From contig CAWHXD010000019.1 in assembly GCA_963833225.1 (NCBI GenBank), positions 608,001 through 672,000 on the forward strand: DNA of 64,000 nucleotides, given 5' to 3'. Positions 47,470 to 58,003 of this stretch are shown in pieces. The translations under genes and the position numbers were made by a program. Under the pieces are notes generated by a model, which was not told the origin of the DNA, did not search any database, and saw nothing but the letters and a program-made list of their open reading frames with translations. Source of the stretch: an uncultured Chloroflexia bacterium (lineage in GTDB: Bacteria; Chloroflexota; Limnocylindria; Limnocylindrales; CSP1-4). Position 1 is the stretch's first letter. Each line of letters starts with the position of its first letter.

Positions 47470-48252
47470 TCAGTCGGACGCGGTGGGCACGCCGAGGATG
47501 TTGAACCCGCCGTCCACGTAGATCACCTCGCCCGTCACCGCGGACGAGAGATCGGACGCGAGGTACAGCGCGGTCTTGCCGCAGTCCTCGATCGTGATGT
47601 GGCTGCGCAGCGGCGCGACCTGGTCGAACGGGCCATACAGCTTGCGGAAGCCCGCGATGCCCCCGGCCGACAGGGTCCGGATGGGGCCCGCCGAGATGGC
47701 GTTGACGCGGATCCCCTCCGGCCCAAGGTCCGCGGCGAGATAGCGGACCGAGGCCTCGAGAGCCGCCTTGGCCACGCCCATCACGTTGTAGTGGGTCACG
47801 ACCTTCTCGGCGCCGTAGTAGGTGAGCGTCATGACCGACGACCCGCGGCGCATGTAGGGCCGTGCCTCGCGGGTCAGCGCGACGAGCGAGTATGCCGAGA
47901 CGTCCAGCGCGAGCGCGAAGCCGTCGCGCGATGTCTCCACGAACTGGCCGTCGAGATCCTCGCGCTTCCCGAAGGCGACCGCATGGACGAGGATGTCGAG
48001 GTCGCCCTGCTGCTCATGCCAGCGGGTCATGACCGCCCGGATGTCATCGTCGCTGGTGACGTCGCAGGCTTCGACGAACGGGCTGCCGAGACTGTCGGCG
48101 AGCGGACGGACCCGGCGCTCGATCAGGCTCTCAACCGACGAGAAGCCGACGATGGCCCCCTCGTCATGGAGCGCCTTGGCGATCCCCCAGGCGATGGAAT
48201 GGTCGTTCGCGACGCCGAACACGAGCGCCTTGCGCCCGTCGAGCAGTCCCAT
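47470..48252 (-). CDS. fabI: Enoyl-ACP reductase
   Basis: GVANDHSIAWGIA, YNVMGVAKAALE and VNAISAGPIRT. Confidence 0.95.
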   Translation of the reverse strand: MGLLDGRKALVFGVANDHSIAWGIAKALHDEGAIVGFSSVESLIERRVRPLADSLGSPFVEACDVTSDDDIRAVMTRWHEQQGDLDILVHAVAFGKREDLDGQFVETSRDGFALALDVSAYSLVALTREARPYMRRGSSVMTLTYYGAEKVVTHYNVMGVAKAALEASVRYLAADLGPEGIRVNAISAGPIRTLSAGGIAGFRKLYGPFDQVAPLRSHITIEDCGKTALYLASDLSSAVTGEVIYVDGGFNILGVPTASD

Positions 48253-48283
48253 GCGCAGCTCCTCCTGTCGTTCTACCCTGCGC

Positions 48284-49174
48284 ATGATGCCCCACATGCC
48301 CGCCCCGGACCCCGCGCTTCGTGCAGCCCTGCAGGGAGTCCGAGGGCTCCTGCTCGACCTCGACGGCGTGCTCATCCTCAAGGGTGCTGCCGTCCCGGGC
48401 GCGGTGGCCGCCCTCGACCAGCTCGAGCGGCGCCGTTTCCCGTTCCTGGTCGCGACCAACACCTCGCTCGTGTCCCGGCCCACGCTCGCGAGGTGGGGGA
48501 GGGGCGCGGGGTTCTCGACGCCGGCGGACCGGTTCCATTCGGCGCTGAGCGCGTCGGCCGAGCTGGTGCGCCGGGCGTACGGCGACAGGCCCGTGTACGT
48601 GATCTGCTCCGAGGACGCGCGATCCGAGCTGGAGGGGATCCGCGCCGTGAGCGGCGAGGAAGCCGATGCGGATCCAGCGTCCGTGGCCGCGGTCATCCTG
48701 GGTGATTCGCCCGAGGAGCTGACCCGGGAGAACCTGGATCGCGCGTTCCGCTGCTGCCGGGCCGGTGCGGAGCTGATCGGCATGCACCGCAACCTGTGGT
48801 GGCTGACCCCGGGCGGCCCATCGCTCGACGCCGGCACCTTCCTCATCGGGCTGGAGGCCGCCACCGGGCGCCGGGCACGGATCGTCGGCAAGCCGTCGCC
48901 GGCGTTCTTCCGGGCGGCGATCTCGCGGCTGTCCGCGGAGGCCGCGGCCCGCGGTGAGGCGCCGCTCCGCCGCTCCGAGCTGGCGATGGTCGGCGACGAC
49001 ATGGGCTCCGACATCGGCGGCGGCCGGCGCGCCGGGTTGCGCACGGTCTTCGTCCGGACCGGCAAGCACGGCGAGGACGAGCTCGTCGCAGCGGCAGGAA
49101 GACGGAGGGGCGCCTACGCGCCGGACGCCGTCGCACCGTCGATCGCCGAGGTCGTCGCGGCGGTCCTGGGTTGA
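48284..49174 (+). CDS. HAD-IIA hydrolase (NagD/LHPP-like)
   Basis: DLDGVL, ATNT, GKPS, MVGDD and VRTGK. Confidence 0.9.
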   Translation: MMPHMPAPDPALRAALQGVRGLLLDLDGVLILKGAAVPGAVAALDQLERRRFPFLVATNTSLVSRPTLARWGRGAGFSTPADRFHSALSASAELVRRAYGDRPVYVICSEDARSELEGIRAVSGEEADADPASVAAVILGDSPEELTRENLDRAFRCCRAGAELIGMHRNLWWLTPGGPSLDAGTFLIGLEAATGRRARIVGKPSPAFFRAAISRLSAEAAARGEAPLRRSELAMVGDDMGSDIGGGRRAGLRTVFVRTGKHGEDELVAAAGRRRGAYAPDAVAPSIAEVVAAVLG

Positions 49175-49242
49175 CGGCCGGCCGGCCGGCGCGCCCGCGG
49201 ACCGCCCACCGCTCGCCCGCGGACCGCCTCGGCTTGCGGGTC

Positions 49243-50856
49243 TCAGCTCGCGGGGCGCGTGACCCGCACGTCGTCGATGCCCGCCTCGACGATCGAATCC
49301 GCCCCGCCATCGGCGGCCTCGAACCGGACGTGGATGGTCTGACCCGCCCACGCGTCAAGGGTGACCGATGCCGATCCCCACGAGCCGGTCACGGCCGTTG
49401 TCGAGCCCAGCCGCTCCCAGACGACGGTCTGGGTCCCGTCGCCGGCCTCCACGATCGCCCGCAGGTGATCAACGCCGGAGGACGACCCGGCGGGGTGGGC
49501 AAACAGCCATCGGAAGGTCAGTGACTGGCCGGCGGCCGCGGGCAACGTGATCGCCGTCGAGCGGACCGTGGTCAGTCCATCGAGATCGTTGGCGCCGGAT
49601 GACGTCCCGGCCGGGGCGCCCGTGACCAGCGCCCTGCGCCCGGACGGCACGTTGTCCCGCTGGAGGACCGTCCCGCCCGAGGTCGTCCGCTCCGGGTTGC
49701 CGCGGACCCACCGCCCGGAGAAGGGGGCGGTGTCGGTTCCGTCCGGGTCCACGGTCCAGCCGCGGGCCACCTCGAGGTCATCGTCGAAGGCGCCGCAGCG
49801 GGCCGCCCGGACATCAGTGCCGAGCACGGTCAGCGGGCACCACGCCTTCTCCATCAGGTACAGCACGGCCTCCCGGTTGCGGCCCGTCTCGGGTCCGATC
49901 CGGCCGTCCTTCGGGTAGTCGCGGATCGACAGCTCGAACGTGTACGAGAACACGCGATACTTGCCGTACAGGTAGTCCCGCGACGTCCCGCTGGTGACAT
50001 ACAGGTCGCTGGCCTGCTCGGCCCGGTAGCCGTTGGTCTTCGCCATGTGGCGCCCGATCACTGCCAGGGCCGCGTGGTCCGCGACGGTCATGTCGCCCGG
50101 GATGTCCTTCCTCGTGTAGCCGTACGGCCACATCACCAGCCGGGCGTACTCGTGGAACGTGATCGCCGCGCGGATCTGCTGCCGGCCGTCGACCACGCGG
50201 CTGGCCAGGAAGTCCCGCATCGCGCGGGTCTCGGGGGCCGAGAACGCGTGTGGCCCGCGGTAGGTGATCGCGAGCGGGTTCTTCGACGTCCGGCCGCCGC
50301 CACCCCACTTGTAGCCGTAGTTGCGGTTGAGGTCCGTCCCCGTCGTCCCGTTCGCGTTCGGCTGCCGGTTCTTGCGCCAGTAGTGGAAGCGTCCGCCCTT
50401 GATGTCGAACTGCGCTCCGTCCGGGTTGACGGCAAACACGATCCACACCTCGCGGGTGTTCACGATGTCCGTCACCCGCTGGTCGGTTCCGTAGCCGTCG
50501 GCCAGCCAGTGGAGGATCCGGAGGGTCATCTCGAGGCCCATGTGCTCGTCGGAGTGGTGGAGCCCGTCGAACAGGACCTCGGGCTCGTTCTCGTCGGTGC
50601 CCACGTTGTCGCTGATCTTGGCGGCCAGGATCTCGCGGCCCTTGTAGGACGTGCCGATCGAGAACGCGTGGACGATGTCCGGGTGGGCGGCGGCCACGGC
50701 CGATACCTCGGCACGCATCTCCGCGTACGTGTGGTAGCCCTCCCAGCCCGCCGGGAACTCGCGAGCGGCGAGGGCCGGCAGGGCGGCCGCGGCGAGCAGG
50801 ACGACCGCCAGCCCGGTGGCGACGGCGGCGGCGCAGCGGCGCGGGGGTCGGGGCAT
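49243..50856 (-). CDS. Secreted M14 zinc carboxypeptidase with C-terminal beta domain
   Basis: Signal peptide; HHSDEH, VNPDG, WRKNR, DLNRNY, FSAPET, TFHEY and YTFEL. Confidence 0.9.
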   Translation of the reverse strand: MPRPPRRCAAAVATGLAVVLLAAAALPALAAREFPAGWEGYHTYAEMRAEVSAVAAAHPDIVHAFSIGTSYKGREILAAKISDNVGTDENEPEVLFDGLHHSDEHMGLEMTLRILHWLADGYGTDQRVTDIVNTREVWIVFAVNPDGAQFDIKGGRFHYWRKNRQPNANGTTGTDLNRNYGYKWGGGGRTSKNPLAITYRGPHAFSAPETRAMRDFLASRVVDGRQQIRAAITFHEYARLVMWPYGYTRKDIPGDMTVADHAALAVIGRHMAKTNGYRAEQASDLYVTSGTSRDYLYGKYRVFSYTFELSIRDYPKDGRIGPETGRNREAVLYLMEKAWCPLTVLGTDVRAARCGAFDDDLEVARGWTVDPDGTDTAPFSGRWVRGNPERTTSGGTVLQRDNVPSGRRALVTGAPAGTSSGANDLDGLTTVRSTAITLPAAAGQSLTFRWLFAHPAGSSSGVDHLRAIVEAGDGTQTVVWERLGSTTAVTGSWGSASVTLDAWAGQTIHVRFEAADGGADSIVEAGIDDVRVTRPAS

Positions 50857-51033
50857 GGCCGAAGTGTGCCGGTTCCGGGTCGCCGCGTGCACGGCTCGGA
50901 GGTCCCGCCGGCCGCGTGCCGGTCCGCCCTCCCGCTCTCACCGGCGAGCGCACTAGACTGGCCACCAACGACCCCTCCGAGCCCGCGCGCCCGCCGATCA
51001 CACCCCGGCGCACCCAGACTGGAGCCAAGCAGA

Positions 51034-52599
51034 ATGGCCGAGCGGATCAAGATCACCTACGCGACCCTGCGCAATGACAACGAGGAGCTCCACGCCCTAT
51101 ACGAGGCGGGCCTCGAGAAGGCGAAGGGCCGCCTCGGCGCGTATCACCGGAACTTCATCGGCGGCAAGGAACGGGACGGGGAGGGCCGCTTCGAGGTCCG
51201 CTCGCCCATCGACAGCGACATCCTGGTGGGGACGTTCGCCCGGGGCACCCGCACGGACGTGCAGGACGCCATCGCGGCGGCCCGTCGTGCGCAGCCGGCC
51301 TGGTTCCGGTTGGGCTGGGAGAAGCGCCTCGAGATCCTCCGCCGTGCCGCCGAGCTGATCAGCGAGCGCCAGATGGAGTACGCGGGCCTGATGGCGATCG
51401 AGGTTGGCAAGACCCGCCTCGAGGCCCTGGGCGAGGTCGAGGAAGCGGCCGACCTGATCCGCTACTACGCCAAGACGGCCGAGGACAACGCGTTCTACGA
51501 CCATCCCATGGACAACCTGGGCGACGCGGCGGTCCACACCCGATCGATCCTGCGACCGCACGGCGTGTTCGCGGTGATCAGCCCGTTCAACTTCCCGATG
51601 GCGCTGTCCGTCGGGCCGTCGTCGGCCGCGATGATGGCCGGCAACGCGGTCGTGTTCAAGCCTGCCTCGGTTGCCGCGATGTCGGCCACTGCGCTCAAGG
51701 AGGCTTACCGCGACGCCGGCGTGCCCGAGGGCGTGTTCAACCTCGTGATGGGTCCGGGCGACACCGTCGGCGATGAGCTGCAGACCAACCAGGGGATCGA
51801 CGGCCTCGTATTCACCGGTTCGTACGAGGTGGGCTTCGACCTGTTCCGCAACTTCTCGAAGCGCTACCCACGCCCGTGCATCGTGGAGATGGGCGGCAAG
51901 AACCCGGCCATCGTGCTCAAGTCGGCGGACCTCGAGGAGGCTGCCGAGGGCATCATGCGCGCCGCCTTCGGCTACGGCGGGCAGAAGTGCTCGGCCAACA
52001 GCCGCGTCTACGTCGAGCGGCCGGTCCACGACGAGCTCGTCCGGGTCCTGGTCGAGAAGACGGAGAAGCTGGTCGTTGGCGACCCGCTCCCGCGGACCGC
52101 ATTCCTCGGACCGGTCATCGACGAGCGAGCCGTCAACCGGCACCAGCAGGCCGTGGCCGAGGCGCGCCGGGATGGCACGGTGTTCACCGGCGGCGAGCGG
52201 CTCAAGGATGGCGGCCTGGCGCGCGGCTGGTACGTGGAGCCGACAGTCGTGGGCGTGCCCAGCGATCACCGCCTGTTCCAGGACGAGCTGTTCGCCCCGT
52301 TCACCGCGGTGGCCGCGGTCGACTCCCTGGACGAGGCCCTGCGCCTCGCCAACGACAACGTCTACGGCCTCACCGCGGGCGTCTACTCGGAGGACCCGGC
52401 CGAGGTCCAGCAGTTCCTCGAGGAGATCCAGGCGGGCGTCCTGTACGTCAACCGCCGGGCCGGCGCCACGACCGGTGCGTGGCCGGGCGTCCAGGCGTTC
52501 GGCGGCTGGAAGGGCTCCGGGTCCACCGGCAAGTCCGGCCTCTCGATGTACTACGTCGCCCAGTTCCTCCGGGAGCAGAGCCACACCGTCGTCGACTGA
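51034..52599 (+). CDS. Aldehyde dehydrogenase (P5C dehydrogenase-like)
   Basis: ISPFNFP, FTGS, EMGGKN, GQKCSA, ELFAP and FGGWKGSG. Confidence 0.92.
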   Translation: MAERIKITYATLRNDNEELHALYEAGLEKAKGRLGAYHRNFIGGKERDGEGRFEVRSPIDSDILVGTFARGTRTDVQDAIAAARRAQPAWFRLGWEKRLEILRRAAELISERQMEYAGLMAIEVGKTRLEALGEVEEAADLIRYYAKTAEDNAFYDHPMDNLGDAAVHTRSILRPHGVFAVISPFNFPMALSVGPSSAAMMAGNAVVFKPASVAAMSATALKEAYRDAGVPEGVFNLVMGPGDTVGDELQTNQGIDGLVFTGSYEVGFDLFRNFSKRYPRPCIVEMGGKNPAIVLKSADLEEAAEGIMRAAFGYGGQKCSANSRVYVERPVHDELVRVLVEKTEKLVVGDPLPRTAFLGPVIDERAVNRHQQAVAEARRDGTVFTGGERLKDGGLARGWYVEPTVVGVPSDHRLFQDELFAPFTAVAAVDSLDEALRLANDNVYGLTAGVYSEDPAEVQQFLEEIQAGVLYVNRRAGATTGAWPGVQAFGGWKGSGSTGKSGLSMYYVAQFLREQSHTVVD

Positions 52600-52799
52600 C
52601 GGGCGACGGGCCCGGGAGACCGGGCCCGCGCCGCGCCTGGGACCAGGCCCGCGCCGCGCCCGGCCCCCGTTGCGAGTTGCCCGGCCCGAGCCGACCAGGG
52701 CACCCGTCGCGCGGCCCGGCACCGCCCCGGGTGGATGACGATCGACGCTCATGACTCCGTCAACCGGGCCATGGATCGCGGCTGGCGCCCTGCTATTCT

Positions 52800-52816
52800 G
52801 TATGCAACCTGCATAC
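52800..52816. promoter_or_regulatory. Palindromic operator upstream of the aminotransferase
   Basis: GTATGCA-acc-TGCATAC in an AT-rich patch next to TATTCT. Confidence 0.6.
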
Positions 52817-52839
52817 CCTTTATGCGTTTGGAGCTACCT

Positions 52840-54198
<1,359 letters not shown>

Positions 54199-54267
54199 CG
54201 TGGGCCGTCGGGATGCGCCCGGCGGCTCGCCGCTAGTTCCGCCCTATAACCCGCAGCGCAGGGGTCC

Positions 54268-55194
54268 ATGACCGGCAAGGTTGCAACGATGCGCGACGCC
54301 GTCTCGGACCTGGTCCGTGACGGCGACACGGTGGCCATCGAGGGATTCACCCACCTGATCGGCTTCTCCGCGGGTCACGAGATCATCCGCCAGCGCAAGC
54401 GGGATCTCACCCTGGCGCGGATGACGCCGGATCTCATCTACGACCAGATGATCGCCGGCGGGGTCGCCCGGAAGCTGGTCTTCTCCTGGCTCGGCAACCC
54501 GGGCGTCGGCGGCCTCAACGCCATCCGCCGCCGGATCGAGCCCGCGGCCGTGGGCGATGGGACGGCGCTCGAGATCGAGGAGTACAGCCATTTCGGCATG
54601 GTCGCCCGGTACACCGCGGGCGCTGCCAACCTCCCGTTCATGCCGCTTCGCTCGTACTTCGAGACGGACCTGCCGAAGGCGAACCCGCTGATCCGGGAGA
54701 TCCGCTCGCCGTACTCCGACGAGGTCGTGTACGCGGTGCCGCCGCTGCACCCGGACGTGACCGTGATCCACGCCCAGCGGGCCGACCTGCACGGGAACAC
54801 GCAGATCTGGGGCCTGCTCGGCTGCCAGAAGGAGGCGGCCTTCGCGGCCGACCGGGTGATCGTGGTCGTGGAGGAGCTCGTCGACGAGGCCGTCGTGCGG
54901 GCGGATCCCAACCGCACCGTGATCCCCGGGCTGATCGTGGACGCCGTGGTGGTGGACCCGTTCGGCGCCCATCCCTCCTACGTCCAGGGCGCCTACGACC
55001 GCGACAACCGCTTCTACCTCGACTGGGACCCCATCAGCCGGGACGAGGAGAAGACCCAGGCCTGGCTGCGCGAGTGGGTCTACGACCTCGACGGTCGCGC
55101 GGCGTATGTCCAGAAGCTGGGCGCGGATCGCGTGGCGTCCCTGCGACCGGGCAGCGCGCCGTCCGGCAGCGTGGACTATGGGGACTACCGGTGA
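54268..55194 (+). CDS. Family I CoA-transferase alpha subunit (glutaconate/3-oxoadipate type)
   Basis: VRDGDTVAIEGFTH, DVTVIHAQRAD and PFGAHPSY. Confidence 0.9.
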   Translation: MTGKVATMRDAVSDLVRDGDTVAIEGFTHLIGFSAGHEIIRQRKRDLTLARMTPDLIYDQMIAGGVARKLVFSWLGNPGVGGLNAIRRRIEPAAVGDGTALEIEEYSHFGMVARYTAGAANLPFMPLRSYFETDLPKANPLIREIRSPYSDEVVYAVPPLHPDVTVIHAQRADLHGNTQIWGLLGCQKEAAFAADRVIVVVEELVDEAVVRADPNRTVIPGLIVDAVVVDPFGAHPSYVQGAYDRDNRFYLDWDPISRDEEKTQAWLREWVYDLDGRAAYVQKLGADRVASLRPGSAPSGSVDYGDYR

Positions 55195-55970
55195 GCGAGC
55201 TGGCCTTCACGAAGTCCGAGATGATGATCGTCGCGGCCGCCCGCGAGCTCGCGGGACAACACGTCTGCTTCGTGGGCGTCGGGCTGCCGAACATCGCGGT
55301 CAACCTCGCCAAGCGCACGGTGGCTCCTGACCTCGAGCTCGTCTACGAGGCCGGGGTCTTTGGCGCCCGGCCGGCCCGCCTGCCACTGTCCATCGGCGAC
55401 CCGACCATCGTCACCGGCGCCACGGCCGTGGTCTCGATGTTCGAGCTGTTCGCGTTCTACCTGCAGCGCGGCCTGATCGACGTCGGCTTCCTCGGCGCGG
55501 CCCAGATCGACCGCTTTGGCAACCTCAACTCCACGGTGATCGGCGACTACGAGGCCCCCAGGACCCGCCTGCCGGGCTCGGGCGGCGCCTGCGAGATCGC
55601 GATCAACGCGCGCCAGGTGTTCGTGATCATGCGCCAGAGCCTGCGCTCGTTCGTCAACGAGATCGACTTCCGGACCTCGCCCGGCAACCTCGGCGGCGCC
55701 GAAGCGGCGGAACGGATCCGGAAGGCCGGCGGCTGGAACGGGCGGGGTCCCTCGGTGGTGGTCACGGATCTCGGGATCTGGCACTTCGACGAGACCGGCG
55801 AGATGCGCCTCGACTTCCTGCACCCGGGCGCCACCCTGGACGAGGTCCGGGCCACGATCGCCTGGGAGCCCAGGATCAACCCGCAGCTGGGGACGACCCC
55901 GGCGCCGACCGCGGCCGAGCTGCGCCTGGTTCGCGAGGAGCTTGACCCGGAGGGCGTCTACACGAAGTAG
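55191..55970 (+). CDS. Family I CoA-transferase beta subunit
   Basis: FVGVGLP, LVYEAG (catalytic Glu), GAAQIDRFGNLNST and RLPGSGGA; GTGA overlap with the alpha subunit. Confidence 0.9.
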   Translation: MSELAFTKSEMMIVAAARELAGQHVCFVGVGLPNIAVNLAKRTVAPDLELVYEAGVFGARPARLPLSIGDPTIVTGATAVVSMFELFAFYLQRGLIDVGFLGAAQIDRFGNLNSTVIGDYEAPRTRLPGSGGACEIAINARQVFVIMRQSLRSFVNEIDFRTSPGNLGGAEAAERIRKAGGWNGRGPSVVVTDLGIWHFDETGEMRLDFLHPGATLDEVRATIAWEPRINPQLGTTPAPTAAELRLVREELDPEGVYTK

Positions 55971-55982
55971 CCGCGCGGACCG

Positions 55983-56498
55983 CTAGGGCTGGTTCGGCTC
56001 TCGGGGCCGGACGACGAGCACGGGACACGGGGCGTTGCGGACGACGTGCTCCGATACGGAGCCCAGGAACAATCGCCCGACGGCGCCCCGGCCGTGGCTG
56101 CCGACCACCACCATGTCCGCGTGCTCGGCCTCGGCGGCCTCGACGATCTGGTCGCCCGGATCGCCTGTCCACACGAGGAACGAGACGTCGATGCCCAGCT
56201 GCCGGCCCCGCTCGACGAGCGCCTGGGCGAGCTGCTCGCGGCGCTCGCGCACCTGGTCGATGCGCGCACGGAAGCGTCCGCCCGGGAGGAGCAGCGAGCC
56301 GGGATCGATCACGGACACGACGAGCAGCGCAGCTCCCAGGCTTGACGCCAACTCAAACGCGTGGTCCGTGGCCGAGGCGGATGCCTCGCTGAGGTCGGTG
56401 GCCAGGAGCAGCTTCTTGATGCCCGAGGCCGACGCCGCGCGCGCGGAGGCTGGCATGGGGCCGGCCTCGGTGTGCGGCTGCGACGTCACGATCGACAT
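55983..56498 (-). CDS. Universal stress protein
   Basis: LLLATDLS and DMVVVGSHGRGAVGRLFLGSVSEHVVRNAPCPVLVV. Confidence 0.95.
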   Translation of the reverse strand: MSIVTSQPHTEAGPMPASARAASASGIKKLLLATDLSEASASATDHAFELASSLGAALLVVSVIDPGSLLLPGGRFRARIDQVRERREQLAQALVERGRQLGIDVSFLVWTGDPGDQIVEAAEAEHADMVVVGSHGRGAVGRLFLGSVSEHVVRNAPCPVLVVRPREPNQP

Positions 56499-56510
56499 CC
56501 TCCTGATCAG

Positions 56511-57863
56511 CTAGGCAAGCAGCGCCTGGACGATCGCGGTCACGTCATCCTTCGTGGGAACGACGATCAACACGTTGACCATGCCGAACATGCCATCCGG
56601 TCCCTCCACGTGCGGGAGGATGTGGCAGTGGTACGCCCACAGGCCGACCCGGTCCGCCGTGATGTTGACGTCCCACCGTTCGCCCGGGCCAACGGTGACG
56701 GTGTCGGCCTTGTAGGCGTTCTTGCCGAGCGGGTACCCATCGCGTGCGACCACCGTCTGCGCGTAGCCGTGGCTGTGGAACGGGTGATACATGATCCCCT
56801 CGTTCATATACCGGATCCGGACCTTCTCGCCGACCGCGGCCAGGATCGGCACCACGGCCGGGAACCCGTGGCCGTTGATCGTGAAGCCGCCCAGGGTGTC
56901 GTTGGAGATCCAGACGTAGTCCCGGTCGACCTTGTCGACCTCGGTCGGGGACTTGGGGTCGACGATGTACCCGCCGAGGAGGCCGCGGCCGACCTGGTCG
57001 GTCGCGTTGTGATGCGAGTGGTACATCAGCGACCCGGAGCGGCTCGCCGTGAACTCGTACGTGAACGACTCACCGGTGGAGAACGGCTTCTGGGTCACGA
57101 ACGACACGCCGTCCATCAGGAAGTTCTCGAACTCGACACCGTGGAAATGGACGCTCGTCGGCTCCTTGAGGTTGTTGGTGAAGATCACGCGGACCTTGTC
57201 GCCTTCGGTGACGCGGATGGTGGGCCCGGGCGTCTGCTTGTTGTAGCCGAGCGCGGCGACCGTCGGCTTCATCTCGTCGATGGCCTGCTCGATCTCGTCC
57301 ACGGTCAGGCGGAACACCTTCCACTCGCCGTCGATCTCGGGCTGGAGCGGCGTGAGGGCGTCGGTCAGGACCAGGTTGGGGACCTGGACGAAGGCCGGCT
57401 TCTTGTCGAGCTCCGGGTAGGGCTCGGTCGCGCCGAGCATGTCGACCAGCGTGGCGAACGCCGCGTCGCCGAAGATCCCCTGGAGCGCGGGCACCAGGTT
57501 GCCGAGGTAGCGCCGGATGACGTCGCGCGCCGCGATGTCGTGCTCTGACCAGCCGGCAGGGATGTTCGGGCTCGGTGACGGGGACGGGACCACGGACGCC
57601 GAGGGCGAGGGCTCGATGCTCGGTGCGGTCGTCGGGGTGGCGCTGGGAGCCGCCGTCGCGGCGCCGGGGGTTGCCGGGGCGCCAAAGCTCCAGATCGGCG
57701 CGGCGTTGGTGGTGCAGGCCGCGACACCCGCGGCGACGCCGGTCAAGCCGGCGGCACCGGCCACGCGGAGGAATCCGCGGCGGCTGAGGCCGCTGCCGAC
57801 TCCGTTCTCCTCTGGCTCGGCGGGGGACGCGACGTCGGGCTGGGTGCGAACGGTGGGCTCCAC
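56511..57863 (-). CDS. Tat-exported two-domain multicopper oxidase
   Basis: LSRRGFL Tat motif with AAC lipobox-like end; HFHG, YHSH, HPFHSHG and YHCHILPH...M; start uncertain. Confidence 0.88.
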   Translation of the reverse strand: MEPTVRTQPDVASPAEPEENGVGSGLSRRGFLRVAGAAGLTGVAAGVAACTTNAAPIWSFGAPATPGAATAAPSATPTTAPSIEPSPSASVVPSPSPSPNIPAGWSEHDIAARDVIRRYLGNLVPALQGIFGDAAFATLVDMLGATEPYPELDKKPAFVQVPNLVLTDALTPLQPEIDGEWKVFRLTVDEIEQAIDEMKPTVAALGYNKQTPGPTIRVTEGDKVRVIFTNNLKEPTSVHFHGVEFENFLMDGVSFVTQKPFSTGESFTYEFTASRSGSLMYHSHHNATDQVGRGLLGGYIVDPKSPTEVDKVDRDYVWISNDTLGGFTINGHGFPAVVPILAAVGEKVRIRYMNEGIMYHPFHSHGYAQTVVARDGYPLGKNAYKADTVTVGPGERWDVNITADRVGLWAYHCHILPHVEGPDGMFGMVNVLIVVPTKDDVTAIVQALLA

Positions 57864-58003
57864 GGGCAGGGACACTCCGGTGCGGGGGCTCAAGCGATCG
57901 GGTCATGTTGCCGGTCGCAGGCAAATCATGCGAAGTGACGTTTGGCCCAAAGGCCGGGGACCGCGTTCGTCGCGGTCCACGCCGGGCTGGTAGGCTCCCG
58001 CCG

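Noticed and set aside
49190-49230. Short direct repeat CGCCCGCGGACCGCC x2 and the GC-rich tract at 52600-52730
   Set aside because: Low-complexity GC intergenic sequence with no supportable function.
50047-51033. N-terminal 329-aa extension of the aldehyde dehydrogenase ORF
   Set aside because: Overlaps the opposite-strand carboxypeptidase; the real start is ATG 51034 with GGAG upstream.
56511-57863. Copper nitrite reductase NirK
   Set aside because: The type-1 Cys is in domain 2 and HxH motifs for a trinuclear cluster are present, fitting a two-domain MCO.
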